A stretch of 64,000 nucleotides of DNA from Callorhinchus milii (lineage: Eukaryota): contig NW_024704742.1 in assembly GCF_018977255.1 (NCBI RefSeq), positions 62,994,001-63,058,000 of the forward strand. The letters run 5' to 3'. The notes beneath the pieces are model-generated. The model was not told the DNA's origin, made no database searches, and worked only from the letters and a program-made list of their open reading frames with translations. The translations under genes were made by a program, and so were the position numbers. Below, in pieces: positions 1 through 11,601 of the stretch; the first letter of the stretch is position 1; each line of letters starts with the position of its first letter.

Positions 1-189
1 TAGTGATGAGCAATGTTGATTGAACTCCAGAACACGTTTGTTATTTCTCAAAATGCTCTTTTGTCTCTCAAGTTTTTTCTAACAAAAAAGTGTAACAAAC
101 AATACTAAATCAAATCTCTAACCAGAAACGTAAACTGTTAAAATAAGTAATATGTTCAGGGATTTGTATTTTCTTTTTAAATAAAAAAC

Positions 190-445
190 AATTCTTGCAT
201 TTGATGTAGCTCCTTTCATGTTGGGAGGACATCTCAAAGTGTTTCACAGGGTTCACTGAAAAGTGTAGTGACTGTATTTTTGCAGGCAAACCCAGCAGCC
301 AATTTGCACAGAGCAACATCCCGCACGTAGCCATGAGGTAGCTACAAATAAACAGTAACTACACTTCACAGTAAAATCTTGTGAAGTGCTTTGAGACATT
401 TCAATAATGTGATAAGGTACTGCATAAAATGCAAGGATTATTATC
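190..445. mobile_element. Two SINE 3' tail fragments, head-to-head (190-340 minus, 343-445 plus)
   Basis: Both carry the tail motif ...ctgtgaag(c/t)gctttgagaca...aaatgcaaggattatt seen in full SINE copies elsewhere in the window. Confidence 0.7.
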
Positions 446-497
446 AATAGTAATAAGTATCAATAATAATCAATATCAATAATAATCAATAATAATA

Positions 498-1071
498 AGC
501 TTCATCGGCCTTCCCAACTCTTCCCTTCCCAAGCTGCAGATCATCCAAAACTCTGCAGCTTGTGCTCTCTCGCGCACCAGGCTCCGCGACCCCATCACTC
601 CCTCCCTCGTCCGTCTCCACTGGCTCCTCATCCCTCAGAGGATCGAATTCAAGATCCTCGTCCTCACTTTCAAGGCCATCCATGGCCTTGTCCCCTCCTA
701 CCTCTCTGACCTGCTGACTCCCTACCAACCTGCCCGCTCCCTCTGTTTATTGGGCTCCAGCCTGCTCCATGTCTCCCGCCCGACCCGCCCTACCATAGGT
801 GGCCGGGCTTTCAGCCTCTCTGCCCCCACACTCTGGAACTCCATCCCACAGTCCCTTCACCTTGTTTCCTCCCTTGCCTCCTTCAAGGCCGGTCTCAAGA
901 CCCTTCTCTTCAATCATGCCTTCGATTGCCCTCCCACCTTTCTGCCATCCCTCACGTCTACCCTACCCTTCCCCCATGCTCGGGTCCTGACCCCTGACTG
1001 TCCAGTGCCTTGGGACATCCTCCCGACGTGAAAGGCACTCTATAAATATAATTTTGTTGTTGGTGTTGTTG
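498..1071 (+). mobile_element. L2 LINE 3' fragment (ORF2 C-terminus plus tail)
   Basis: Translates to LQIIQNSAA...LHWL...IEFKILVLTFKAIHGL.PSYL and GGRAFSLSAPTLWNSIP...FKAGLKT; ends in gggacatcctcccgacgtgaaaggc...(ttg)n. Confidence 0.95.
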
Positions 1072-1672
1072 TAAGTTAGTGCCAAATTTTATTTGGGGAT
1101 TTGTTGACCAGGATTACCTTATTCCTTTAGATTGGAAAACGTTGCGTTGAACTGGCAATGAACAGAAATACCCATTGTTTTTGCCCATATTCATTCTTTG
1201 ATAAAAATAGGTTCCAGCAGCGATCTCAGATACACATTCAGGTATCAAGAAGTAGGGACACAGCTGTCTGCCAGTTTTGAATTGAGGCATTTTATTGCCA
1301 AGAATTTAATGTTATAAATTTACACGTTTCATAGCCTGTTTTCAATCTTTTCAATAAGATCATTAAGTTAGTTCTTTACATTTTGTTCGTTGTATTTCTT
1401 CTGCCTGATAATGAAATAATTCACGAAACAATGTCTTAATTATGATGGAGTCTCCTCTCTTGCACCTCAATGTTTGCCTGCATCAGCGGTAAATGAAGGA
1501 GACTCAAAGAGCTAACGACTGTAATAAGGTGTGAATGAATTTCTACTCAAAACTCTTTTTTTTTCATCTGAAGCACTATCACACAATAATGAGGCATGAA
1601 TTCCACCTCATTTTGTTTCATTTCAAATCACACAATTCTGAAATCTATATCCGCGGCAAATGGTGTGGTGCT

Positions 1673-1790
1673 ACAACAACAGCATCATCAACAACTTACA
1701 TTTATATAGGGCTCTTCATGTATGTCAGATAACGTCTTAAAGCTCTCCATGGGGATGGTGTCGGATACCGAGCAAGGCTCTATATTTACA
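1673..1790 (-). mobile_element. Short L2 3' tail
   Basis: acaacaac...ttacatttatatagggctcttca is a reverse-complement L2 tail. Confidence 0.6.
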
Positions 1791-1854
1791 TTGATACAGT
1801 CGATAATAATACAGTAAATATTAATAAGAATAATCTTAATCTTAACCGCTGAAT

Positions 1855-2225
1855 CCCTCCATTGTTTTGCCCCACCCTTTCCCTCTCATCTCTTTGAACC
1901 CTACCAACCTGCTCTCTCCCTGTGCTCAGCGGACTTTGGCATGTTCCCCGTCCACAGTCACACCCATCTGCGGCCAGGCTTTCAGGGTATCTTTCCCCAA
2001 TCTCTGGAACTCCATCACAAAGTCCCTTCAATTCGACCCTTCCTTCACCTCCTTCAAGGTCTGTCTCAAGACCTTCTTCCTCTTTGTCCGCGCCTTCGGC
2101 CATCTTTCCACCCCCCACACCTTCAACCCACCCCAAGCTTGAGAACAAATCCTAACTGTCCGGCAACTTAGGATATTCTCACAACATGAAAGGTGAGATA
2201 TAAAAATAAATTTGTATTCCGTTGC
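1855..2225 (+). mobile_element. L2 3' fragment
   Basis: ICGQAFRVSFPNLWNSI...SFKVCLKTFFL followed by a degenerate tail. Confidence 0.85.
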
Positions 2226-3034
2226 ATAATACACAGTCGCCTATACTTACACACTTTGACCTTTACATTATATCCTGTGAAGGGTTGGATACGTCCTCCT
2301 GACATGATAGGTGCTATACCAAATACAATTGTTAAAACACAGCAGTTAATAATACAGTATTGTATTATAATTAATTTAGTAATTATATTTATTTTGATAA
2401 AATTGTTAGATGTTTACTATCTCCTATTCATTCTCTTTTCCAATCTCCCCCTCCCCCGACCACACTCCCCTGAGTCCCTTAACTTCTTCCCTGTCTACCC
2501 TCTTACTTTTATAATTTTTTTTAATATAAAGTTTTAAAAGAAGCTTTGTGTGGCAGCAACACATTCAACACTCATCCAATCCAATTTAGCTTCAAAAATA
2601 CCATCATCGCACAATGTATTTATTTGCTATTAGTGCAAGAAGAAATGAAACGTGCATTTCAATGTTTTTTCCCATACTTTTATTTGTTAATGAATTATTA
2701 TTTTAAATGAGATCATCCGTGGTCAGTCAGACACCATATTGCTGGCTAATGAGTACATTAGAGCAAGGAATCTCCATTACTATCAGACCTAGGGGGAGGG
2801 GGCGAGCTGATTCTTGGGAGAAGTGAAACATTTTTCTACCTACGCAAAAGGGAAGGAAGGTAAAATGAGAGGGCGAGTCAGCAAGCACAGAGGCTTCAGA
2901 TAACACAATGCTTACCTGAGCTGTCAGTGTGTTGTGCTTGGAGAGTAGAACATAAGGAAGCAAATCGCTGCATAGATTTAGGGTTCTCACTATGTAAGGC
3001 AGTGCAGGGAGAAAAAAACAAGTACTACGGAGAA

Positions 3035-3655
3035 GCACAGACAGACTGATCTTCAGTATTATAGAGATGATCGTGAGGAAAATGTAGGTAAGCTAGGGCT
3101 CTTCAGCTTTGAAAAGAGATGTCTCGGAGGGGATTGTATAGAAGTATGTAAGGTAATTAACAGAGTAGACAAAATAAAACCAAGGCAATACTTTAAGAAA
3201 CGCCAAGGCAGGCAGTGAGTCAAGAGGGCATAGTTTCAGTGTTGTGAAGGGCAAGTTTAGGATAATCAGTATATATTTACAAAGAATAACAACAACAACT
3301 TGCATTTATATAGCACCACTCACACAGGGCAGTGTCCCAGAGCGTTTGACAGTGGTGGAGCAACAACAACAACAACAACAAGATTCCATTTATAGAGCGC
3401 CTTTACGTCGTGAGGACGTCCCAAGGCGCTGAACAGGACGCCAAGCTGGTGGGAAGGGAGTGTGACTGTAGGCATGGTCAAATAAGAAGGTTTTCAGGCG
3501 CAACTGAAGATAGGGAAGGAAGGGGCGAGGTGGAGGGTAGAGGTGTATGGCGTGTCGGGGTATAGTGGCTGAAAGTGCTACCAGAATTGAAATGGAATGC
3601 CAGGAAAGGTTGTTGAAGCCAGAACACTAGAATCATTTAAGAAAATTTGATGATA
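3035..3655 (+). mobile_element. CR1 3' fragment interrupted by two minus-strand L2 tails (3286-3580)
   Basis: LGLFSFEKRCLGGDCIEVCK and SRGHSF...KGKFR motifs; CR1 resumes at ~3585 (tggaatgcccaggaaaggttgttgaagcc); two (aac)n-led L2 tails lie between. Confidence 0.8.
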
Positions 3656-4125
3656 TAATCATAATAACAACAATAATAATATTCCTTGCGTTTGATATAG
3701 CGCCTTATCAAGTCATTGAGACATCTCAAGGAGCTTCCCACTAATCATACTTCCATTTCATATAAAGCATTTCACATTTGAAAGGATAGCTCCAAGTGCT
3801 GCATAGGATATACTGTAAAGTGTAGTGACTGTGTACTTTGTGGACGAACCTATAAGGGGAATGCGGACATTTAAAAATAAACAGAATTTGCAACCATAAT
3901 AACCAGATTTCAACAAAAAAGTGCTCTGAATAATTTAATATATACTGGCAATATTGATTACTAAATTCTGCAGGCAGCTGCAAGGTGCTTGCAGTCTACT
4001 GAGGCTCGTGTTCCTAATAAATGTAGCATTTGCTTTAACTTTCCAAAATTAGTTTGAAAAATAATTGTGTGATATAAATCACACTGAAATTTACCTATTT
4101 GCATTTTTGGCATTTTCTTTCTGCC

Positions 4126-4183
4126 AACAACAACAACAACTTGGATTTATATAGCACCCTCCACGCTGGACAGCGTCTCAGAG
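4126..4183 (-). mobile_element. Ultra-short L2 tail insertion
   Basis: (aac)n-ttggatttatatagcaccctccacgctggacagcgtctcaga flanked by CTGCC at 4121-4125 and 4184-4188. Confidence 0.75.
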
Positions 4184-4344
4184 CTGCCCAAACATGAAGC
4201 TCATATACGTAAAAACAAGTCATTAACAGTTAAATCCACTCATCATCCAGTCCTATTTATTTTTTGAACAACTATGTTCATTAGCTTTCTCCTTATGATA
4301 AACCTGGATGTACAGAAACTTTATCTCTGTAATGCTCTTAAATA

Positions 4345-4800
4345 CAACACAATACAATTTACATTTATATAGTTTTCTTCACATCAAAACAACATCTCAA
4401 AGCACATTCTTACTGCTGGATGGGCATCGAAACAAGGGATGGGAGCCGAGGGAGGTGGGGAGGGGAAAGATGACTAAAATGGGTCAAAGGGGTCCATCTT
4501 GAAATGTGCCTTGAAAGAGGGAAGAGAAGGAGAGAGTTGGAGGGAATCTTGGATGAAATTCCAGACAGTGTGGCAGAATAGCTGAATGCTATTTTCAGAT
4601 GGGAGATGTGAAGTAGGCTGGTGCTCGATGAATGGAGGGAGTGGCTGGGTCAGTAGGGTTAATGGAGGTCACAGAAGTAGGGTGGGGCAAAACTGTGGAG
4701 GGATTTAAAAGTGAGCAGGAGGACCTTGAACTCAATCCTCTGGTGGGTAGGGAGCCAGTGAAGCTAAGTGAGGATGGGAATAAGCTTGCAGAGCCTAAAC
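4345..4800 (-). mobile_element. Degenerate L2 3' fragment
   Basis: Reverse strand has the tail and the ttcaaggtcctcctgctcactttta (FKVLLLTF) motif. Confidence 0.75.
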
Positions 4801-5229
4801 GAGAGCAAGGCTATAATTAATTTTTCAAATTAGTTAGCCATACAAAAACAACAGTTGCATCTTGTTAATATTATAATATTATTAATAATAATACAGTACA
4901 ATTTACATTTATATATCAGCTTTCACATTGGAAGGACATCTAAAAGCGCTTCACACAGCTGACTGGATGCCCAGTCACTAATAATCCTTGCATTTGATAC
5001 AGCACCTTATCCTCTCATAGAAAACTATCAAAATGCTTCACAGGATTTTGCATTGGGGTACTGTTGGAGATCAACCTGCTAAGACTGCGTAGTTTATCAC
5101 TGAGAACACTATCTGGCAAGATTCCACTGCTTGTCCATCTCGGTCCCTTCTGCCTGTTAGAGTATTGGCTTGCATGGTTAACAGCAGCTGAATAGGACAA
5201 ATCCCTGTTTCCAGTCACGACTGATTGTC

Positions 5230-5480
5230 CCTCCAAGGCCAAGAGCTCTCCATTACAATTTGTCCATTCTTTATAATGTTGGTAATCCTGAGGTCACACT
5301 CCTTTGAACTTTTCTCTCACCTCCCTACATCCTTCTGTCTTGAAATTAGAATTGATCACAACATCTGGTCAAATACATTATTTTCCAGAACATCAAGGTT
5401 GTGGAACTCCTTACCTCCCTCAGTTTTGCCTTTATCCTGCAATCTACAATCTTTAAAAGTCAATCTTGACATTTACTAGC
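5230..5480 (+). mobile_element. CR1-group (Zenon-like) LINE ORF2 C-terminal relic
   Basis: HSFELFSHLP...FSRTSRLWNSLPPSVLPLSCNLQSLKVNL fits the FxPRTxxLWNSLPxxVFPxxYNLxxFK terminal motif. Confidence 0.6.
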
Positions 5481-5554
5481 CAGCATGCCTTACTTATCTC
5501 ATTTTCCCTGCTGTTCTATTGAAACTTTGAGGTATATTACATTATAGTGTGACA

Positions 5555-7592
5555 CACCTCCCCTCCATTCTCGATTCACTTGCTCCCCTCTTTTCCAGAA
5601 CCGTCTCCTATTCACGTAAGTCACCACTGTACACCAGCCACCTCCGCTCCCTTAAAGTACAGATGCGTGCCACTGAGCGCACCTGGCTTAAATCAAACTT
5701 AACGGTCCATCGGCAGATCTAGCTGGACCTTATCAAATCTTACCACTCCGCCCTCACCTCTGCTAAATCAGCGTTCTACTCCAACACAATCTTGGACGCC
5801 AAGGAAAACCCCAGGATCCTCTCCTCCATCACCAAACATTTCCTCCACCCACCCTTTCATGTCTCGCCCATCCTCATCTCAGATGCCACCAGTGAGGCGA
5901 TAACTGAACTTCCTCAAACCCAAAGTTGAGGAGATCTGCTCAGCTGCCTCTACCATTTCATCTGCTACCCCCTCACCATCTCCCCCTCCCACCCCTCCCT
6001 CCAAACCTTTGAACCTGTCTCTCACTCCTCTCTCACCACCAACATAGCCTGCATGAAAACGACCACCTGCTCCCTCGAACCGTTCCCCCTCTCCTTACCT
6101 CCCAGCTCCACCTCCTTGCCCCTCTACTCACAGACATCATAAACCTCTCCATCCACTGGTACTGTTCCCACCCCATTAAATACCGTCGTCATCACTTCTA
6201 TCCTTTAAAAACCCTCCCTGGACCCATCTCTCTACTCTCAAATTATTTTACAACCTCCCCTTCCTCTCCAAGGTCCTGGAACGAGTTGTTGCTTCTCAGC
6301 TTCGCTCATTCTCCCGCTACTCCATTCACAAATCCCTCCAATCGGGTTTCCGTGCCGCCCACAGCACAGAAACAGCTCTGGTCAAAGTGACAAATGACAT
6401 TCTGTCAATCTGTGATCTGGGCTCCCTCTGCCTCCTCGTCCTCCTTGATCTCTCTGCTGCCTTCGACACCGTCGACCACTCTATCCTCATCCACCACCTC
6501 TCCTCTCACCTCAACCTTCATGGCTCTGTCCTTGACTAGTTCAGAACGTACCTTTCACATCACCTCCATTTCATCTCCACAAACGTTTCTCCTCTAGCCC
6601 CCACACTGTCTAGTGTGGCATTCCTCAAGGCTCTGTCCTTGGTCCCCTCCTCTTCAACATCTATACGTTCCCTCTTAGTGACATCATCTTCAGACATGGG
6701 GTCAACTTCCACATTTGTACAGATGACACACAACTGTACCTCTCTGCCTCCACCCTGGACTCCAAGACCACTGTTATCCTGACAGAATGTCTGTCAGATA
6801 TCAAGTCCTGGATGAGAGCTAATTTTCTTGAGTTGAACATCAACAATATCGAGGCTCTCCTGAGTGGATCCACATCTCAGGCTCTGACCGCATCACCATC
6901 CATGGTTGCACACTCCACCTTACTAAGCCACTTCGGAACCTTGATGTCTTGTTTGACCCTCAACTATGCTTTCGAACCCACATCTGTGCCATGAACCGCT
7001 CTGCCTTCCCCCACCTCCGCAACATTGCCCAGCTCTGACCTGTCTCACACCAGAGTCCGCCGAAACCCTCATACATGCTTTCATTACATGGAGGCTTGAC
7101 TATGCAAACTCCTTGCTTGTCGGCCTCCCCAACTCCTCCCTCCATAGACTGCAGATCATCCAGAACTCTGCAGCCCGTGTCCTCTCCTGCACCAGGTTCC
7201 GTGACCTTATTGCCCCCATCCTCGCCCGACTCTACTGGCTTCCCATCACACAGAGTATACAGTTCAAGATCCCAGTCCTCACCTTCAAAGTCTTCCATGG
7301 TCTTGCTCCCCCCTACCTCTGTGACCTCCTAAACCCCTACCATCCTGCTCGCTTGCTCCGCTCAGGGTGTTCCAGCCTGCTTCACATCCCCTACTCCCTC
7401 CCTTGCCTCCTTCAAGACCCATCTTAAGACCCTCCTCTTCGACCGTGTTTTCGATCTCCCTGCTTCACCCTCTACCCTCCACCCTCCCCGATCCCAACCC
7501 TCAACTCAGGTCCGATACTCTGTCTGTCCATTGCGTTGGTACGTCCTCCCGATGTGAAAGGCGTTATACAAATGTAATTCTGTTATTGTTAT
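5555..7592 (+). mobile_element. L2 LINE ORF2 pseudogene (RT domain to 3' tail), frameshifted
   Basis: [64 protein letters not shown]; tail ...gatgtgaaaggcgttatacaaatgtaattctgttattgtt. Confidence 0.97.
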
Positions 7593-8049
7593 GTTATAGT
7601 CTGCAACCCTTTAAACAAGTCTTCTCAAATGTAATAGTGCATGTTTTAACAAAACTTCTTTAATTTTTAATAAAGGCATTGAGTAGAACCAATTCGGGCA
7701 GCAAATATTTCAAAATGTAAAATTTATTAGACATTTGAATTTATGCTCGATATAGGACAAAAAATCAATTTTTAAACACTGTGACACAAAGTGTCTAAAG
7801 GTAATATTTGTTGACGAAAGGCAGCTCAATGGTGACAGAAATGTACATAGCTTCACATGTCAAGTGTAATTCACTGAGCATGAAGATTGGCATGTTTTAT
7901 TAACATGGTCAGAGTTAATGCCATGTAAATTTACTGAGCAAACCCAGAAAATGGGCAAAACTTACAGGTTGGGAAAGGATCTGTATTTTGAGCTCCTACA
8001 CTGGTGAACAAAGTGATACATTTTATTTCCCCTGAATGCACTGGATCAG

Positions 8050-8378
8050 CAACATCAACAACAACTTGCATTTATATTGTGCCCCTCACCGAGGATAAAA
8101 TCTTGGAGAACTGTACAGCAGTGGTGTTGGACACCAAGCCATGGAGCAGAGAGCACAGGAGTTAACCACGGACAAGGTCAAAGAGGTAGGTTTTGCATTA
8201 GATAAATGAGGAATGAGGAGGAGGGATTGAGGCAGGGAGTTCTAGTGGTTAGAGGCGTAGGGGTGAAGGCCGATGGTGGTGCAGAGGGGTCAGGGATGTG
8301 CAACAGACCTGTGTTAGCTGAGCGAAGGGGATGGGCAGAGTGGAGTACGAGCAGATCAGAGAGATAAGGAGGTGAACC
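8050..8378 (-). mobile_element. L2 3' fragment
   Basis: PPYLSDLL...PLRSANTGLLHIP on the minus strand, with (aac)n tail. Confidence 0.8.
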
Positions 8379-8877
8379 TCTGTTACTGCAAGAAGGCACA
8401 GTAACAGAGGTTTTCTTTCAGATTTTGCCTTTGTCTACAATATTTTGAGACTGATCCATAATATCCCAGTTCACAAGCAAAGAACGACGGAGACATATCA
8501 GCAGGTCCAGAAATATTGTAGTGTCACTGTGGATTCCTATTTGCATGGTACTCACTCTAATGCTACATTACAATACAATACATATATTGCCTGATCACTT
8601 AACTTCAGCAGTAGGGAAAATGGAATGAATAATATTTACAGACAGGCACTTTTAATATAATGCTGCTAAAAAATGACTGTATGAAGCAATTCTCTGGGAG
8701 CTGTTATTAAAAAACAAGTTGATTAAGTTTAACAACAAAGTAAACTAATATTAGTCCCAATGGTCTATGCTGAGAGGTACGCTGTAAAAGCTCAACAGAC
8801 AGACATCAAGCATAAAAAGTCTCATAAAGCCATCAGCCAATTACTATAGTATCAACTTAACAAGCATCGGCTTGTTA

Positions 8878-9199
8878 TAATAATAATAATCCTTGCATAT
8901 GATATAGCGCCTTACCATGTCTTTGAGACGTCTCAAAGCGCTTCACAGAATATACTGTAAAGTGAATTGACTACATATCTTGTGGGCAAAACGTGGCAGC
9001 CAATTACGTGTAGCCGTGTCCCACAAACAGTCAAGGAAGCGATCCGCCAATCAACTAACAACTGGGTTCCTACTTACTGCTAGGTAAACGGAGGCGTATG
9101 GAGTAAATAAACTTGCCCAATGTTTCGACCTGCCAGGAATAGAATGCAGGTCCTCTCGCTTGCAAGGCAAATGCTCTAACCACTAAGTTACAGGACCCC
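8878..9199 (-). mobile_element. tRNA-Ala-headed SINE, long form
   Basis: Head ggggtcctgtaacttagtggttagagcatttgccttgcaagc; central gcctccgtttacctagcagtaagtaggaac block; L2-like tail and (att)n. Confidence 0.92.
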
Positions 9200-9263
9200 T
9201 GTTATAATAATAATCCTTGCATTTGATAGCGCAAGGATATGATAAATTATTGTTATAAAAACA

Positions 9264-9696
9264 ATAATAATCCTTGTGTTTGATATAGCACCTTTCACAT
9301 TGAGAGGATGTCTCGAAGTACTTCACAGGATTTACTGTAACATGTAGTGACTGTGTATTTTATACAGAAGCCAATTTGTGAATAGCGGTGTTCCACAACG
9401 TGGCATGAAGTGAATGCCCAATGTTATCTGGGAATTGTTGACCCGGACACCGGGCAAAACTCCCTTCTCTTTTCAGATACTGTCATGGGATCTTTAATGT
9501 CCACTTAAACTGGTAGATGGAACGTCGGTTTAACATCTCATCTGAAGGAAGGCACCCACAACAATGGAGTCCCCTCACCTCCCATCACTGCATAATTGTG
9601 TCATTTTAGACTGGGAGTTCAAAGTCCTGCTGTGGGCTTTCAACTCACAACCTGTCTCAGAGGTGAGAGTGCTACCATCTGAGCCAGGCTGACTCC
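9264..9696 (-). mobile_element. Deu-domain tRNA SINE (SacSINE1/EshSINE-like), full length
   Basis: Head gcctggctcagatggtagcactctcacctctgag; Deu core ttcagatgagatgttaaaccga...ggacattaaagatcccatgac. Confidence 0.85.
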
Positions 9697-9939
9697 TATC
9701 AAAACAAGCAGGTTAAGCTCTGGCTTTGTCTTACTTGTTGATCTGTAAAATCAGTTGTTGAGTGTACATTAGCATTTGGGGCTCGGACTGCATGAAATGT
9801 GAGGATGAAAAGAATATAAGCATTGCTACAAAGTGATCATGAAGAAAATGTTATGAAGCCACTGAGTTATAACATTAACAAAACATTAATAATATCGTAT
9901 TTACTTTATACAACAGATGAAATTTTCAAACCCAGAGAC

Positions 9940-10340
9940 AATACATATTTATATTTATATGGCATCTTTCGCATCACATAGACATCCCAAAACACTGGAC
10001 AGTCCAGGGTTTGCTCCCGAGTTGGGGATAGGGGTGAAGGGGTGGAGACGAGAGGTAAAGGGTGTAAAAACTGGCCAAAAGCACAGTCAAAAATAACGGT
10101 CTTGAGGCGGACTATGAAGGAAGTATAGGGAAGGGAATCTAGGGTGGAATGCCAGGGAATGGAAGAAAATAAACTGAAAGCCCGCTGATGATGGGGAAAG
10201 TAGGGCGGGTGGGAATTGGGGGGTATTGAATTGAAGCAGATGGAGCAGTCAGGTTGGTAGGGTTTCAGGAGGACATAGTGGAAGGTGGGGCAAGACCATG
10301 GATGGATTTGAAGGTGAGGACGAGGATCATAATCTCAATA
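9940..10340 (-). mobile_element. Degenerate L2 3' fragment
   Basis: Reverse strand: atcctcgtcctcaccttcaaatccatccatggtcttgcccc, then tail. Confidence 0.8.
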
Positions 10341-11081
10341 ATTCTGCTCTCAGTCTTTTCACCTTCACATTTTGTGATGGTGCTTTTCAAACTTCGTTAA
10401 TTAACTATTTAAGATCTTCAAGGTCATATTTGTGATGAAAGATAAGTTTCAGTAAATCACGCCACATCATTAACTTTGACTGCCTATCTTTATAATGAAA
10501 TGATAGTATCAGTTCATTATTTTTTAAAAGGTAAAAGAGAAACCTACTGAGCACAATTACAGCAGATAAGAGGCAGTTAGGACTTTAAAACCATCCCGCT
10601 GGCTGTATTAAAATTGTTTTCTGCATCCCTGTAGTGTCTAATGTACATGGTGGATGTTAGTGTACATATTGAAGATTAATTAAGCCATTAATTCCTACAG
10701 TTCAAAGATGGTAATGATTAAATAAATGCAATTTAATTTAATTTTAAAACATGGTCATTTCTCTCTGGTTGACAGCCTGCCTGACAGATTGAAAGTCAAA
10801 CAGCAAGAGGTGTCAGTGCCCAAGTTTCCTTTAAGTCACAAGCCATTTACCAGAGTTAAACACTGGATTTATTCTGTTGGGGAAACAAGTTTTAGCCATT
10901 ACATTACTGTTTTTAAAGGACATTTGTGTCTGAAATTAACCATTGTAGGAGACTCATGTCTCTTAATGCAGGGAACCAAGGTTGAAAACAGTAGGAGAGA
11001 AGTTAAGAAGATTACCAAAATGGGATTTAAAAGCCTTTAGATTTAAGGAGGAATATAATATTAATAATAATAATCCTTGCA

Positions 11082-11285
11082 AAATGAAAAATACTGCAGA
11101 TGCTGGAAATCTGAAATAAAAACAGGAGTCACTGAGAACACTCACCAGGTCAGGCAGCATCTAAGGAGAAAGGAAAGTGGTCAACACGACAAAGGATTGT
11201 GGACCCAAAACGTTGACTCACTTTCCTTTCTCCATAGATGCTGCCTGACCTGCTAAGTGTCCCAGCGATTACTGTTTTTGTTTCA
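11082..11285. mobile_element. Penelope-derived fold-back element (inverted pseudo-LTR ends)
   Basis: ~74-bp inverted arms 11112-11185 and 11212-11285; degenerate hammerhead-like loop; TAATAATCCTTGCA direct repeat on both flanks; arm matches 17751-17826. Confidence 0.85.
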
Positions 11286-11601
11286 TAATAATCCTTGCAT
11301 TTGCTGTAGTTCCTTTCACACCAGGAGGATGTCTCAAACAGTGCAACAAGATTTACTGTAAACTGTAGTAGCTGTGTAATTTGTAGGTGAATGCAGCAGC
11401 CAATTTGCAGGCAGCAATGCTGCACAACACAATAAGATTTGGTGAAGATGCCGGGAGAAGAAAAGGATTTAAGATGTCACAATGTAAGTAGATGGCAGAA
11501 CAACAACTGATATTGGGATTTAACTTGTGCTTTGAATTCATAAATTCATAATGTATCTATAATAAATAATAATATAATGGAGCCCCTTATCATGTCATCA
11601 A

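Noticed and set aside
1448..1506. gagtctcct...aggagactc hairpin as a possible pre-miRNA
   Set aside because: Only a 9-bp stem; the inner region pairs poorly
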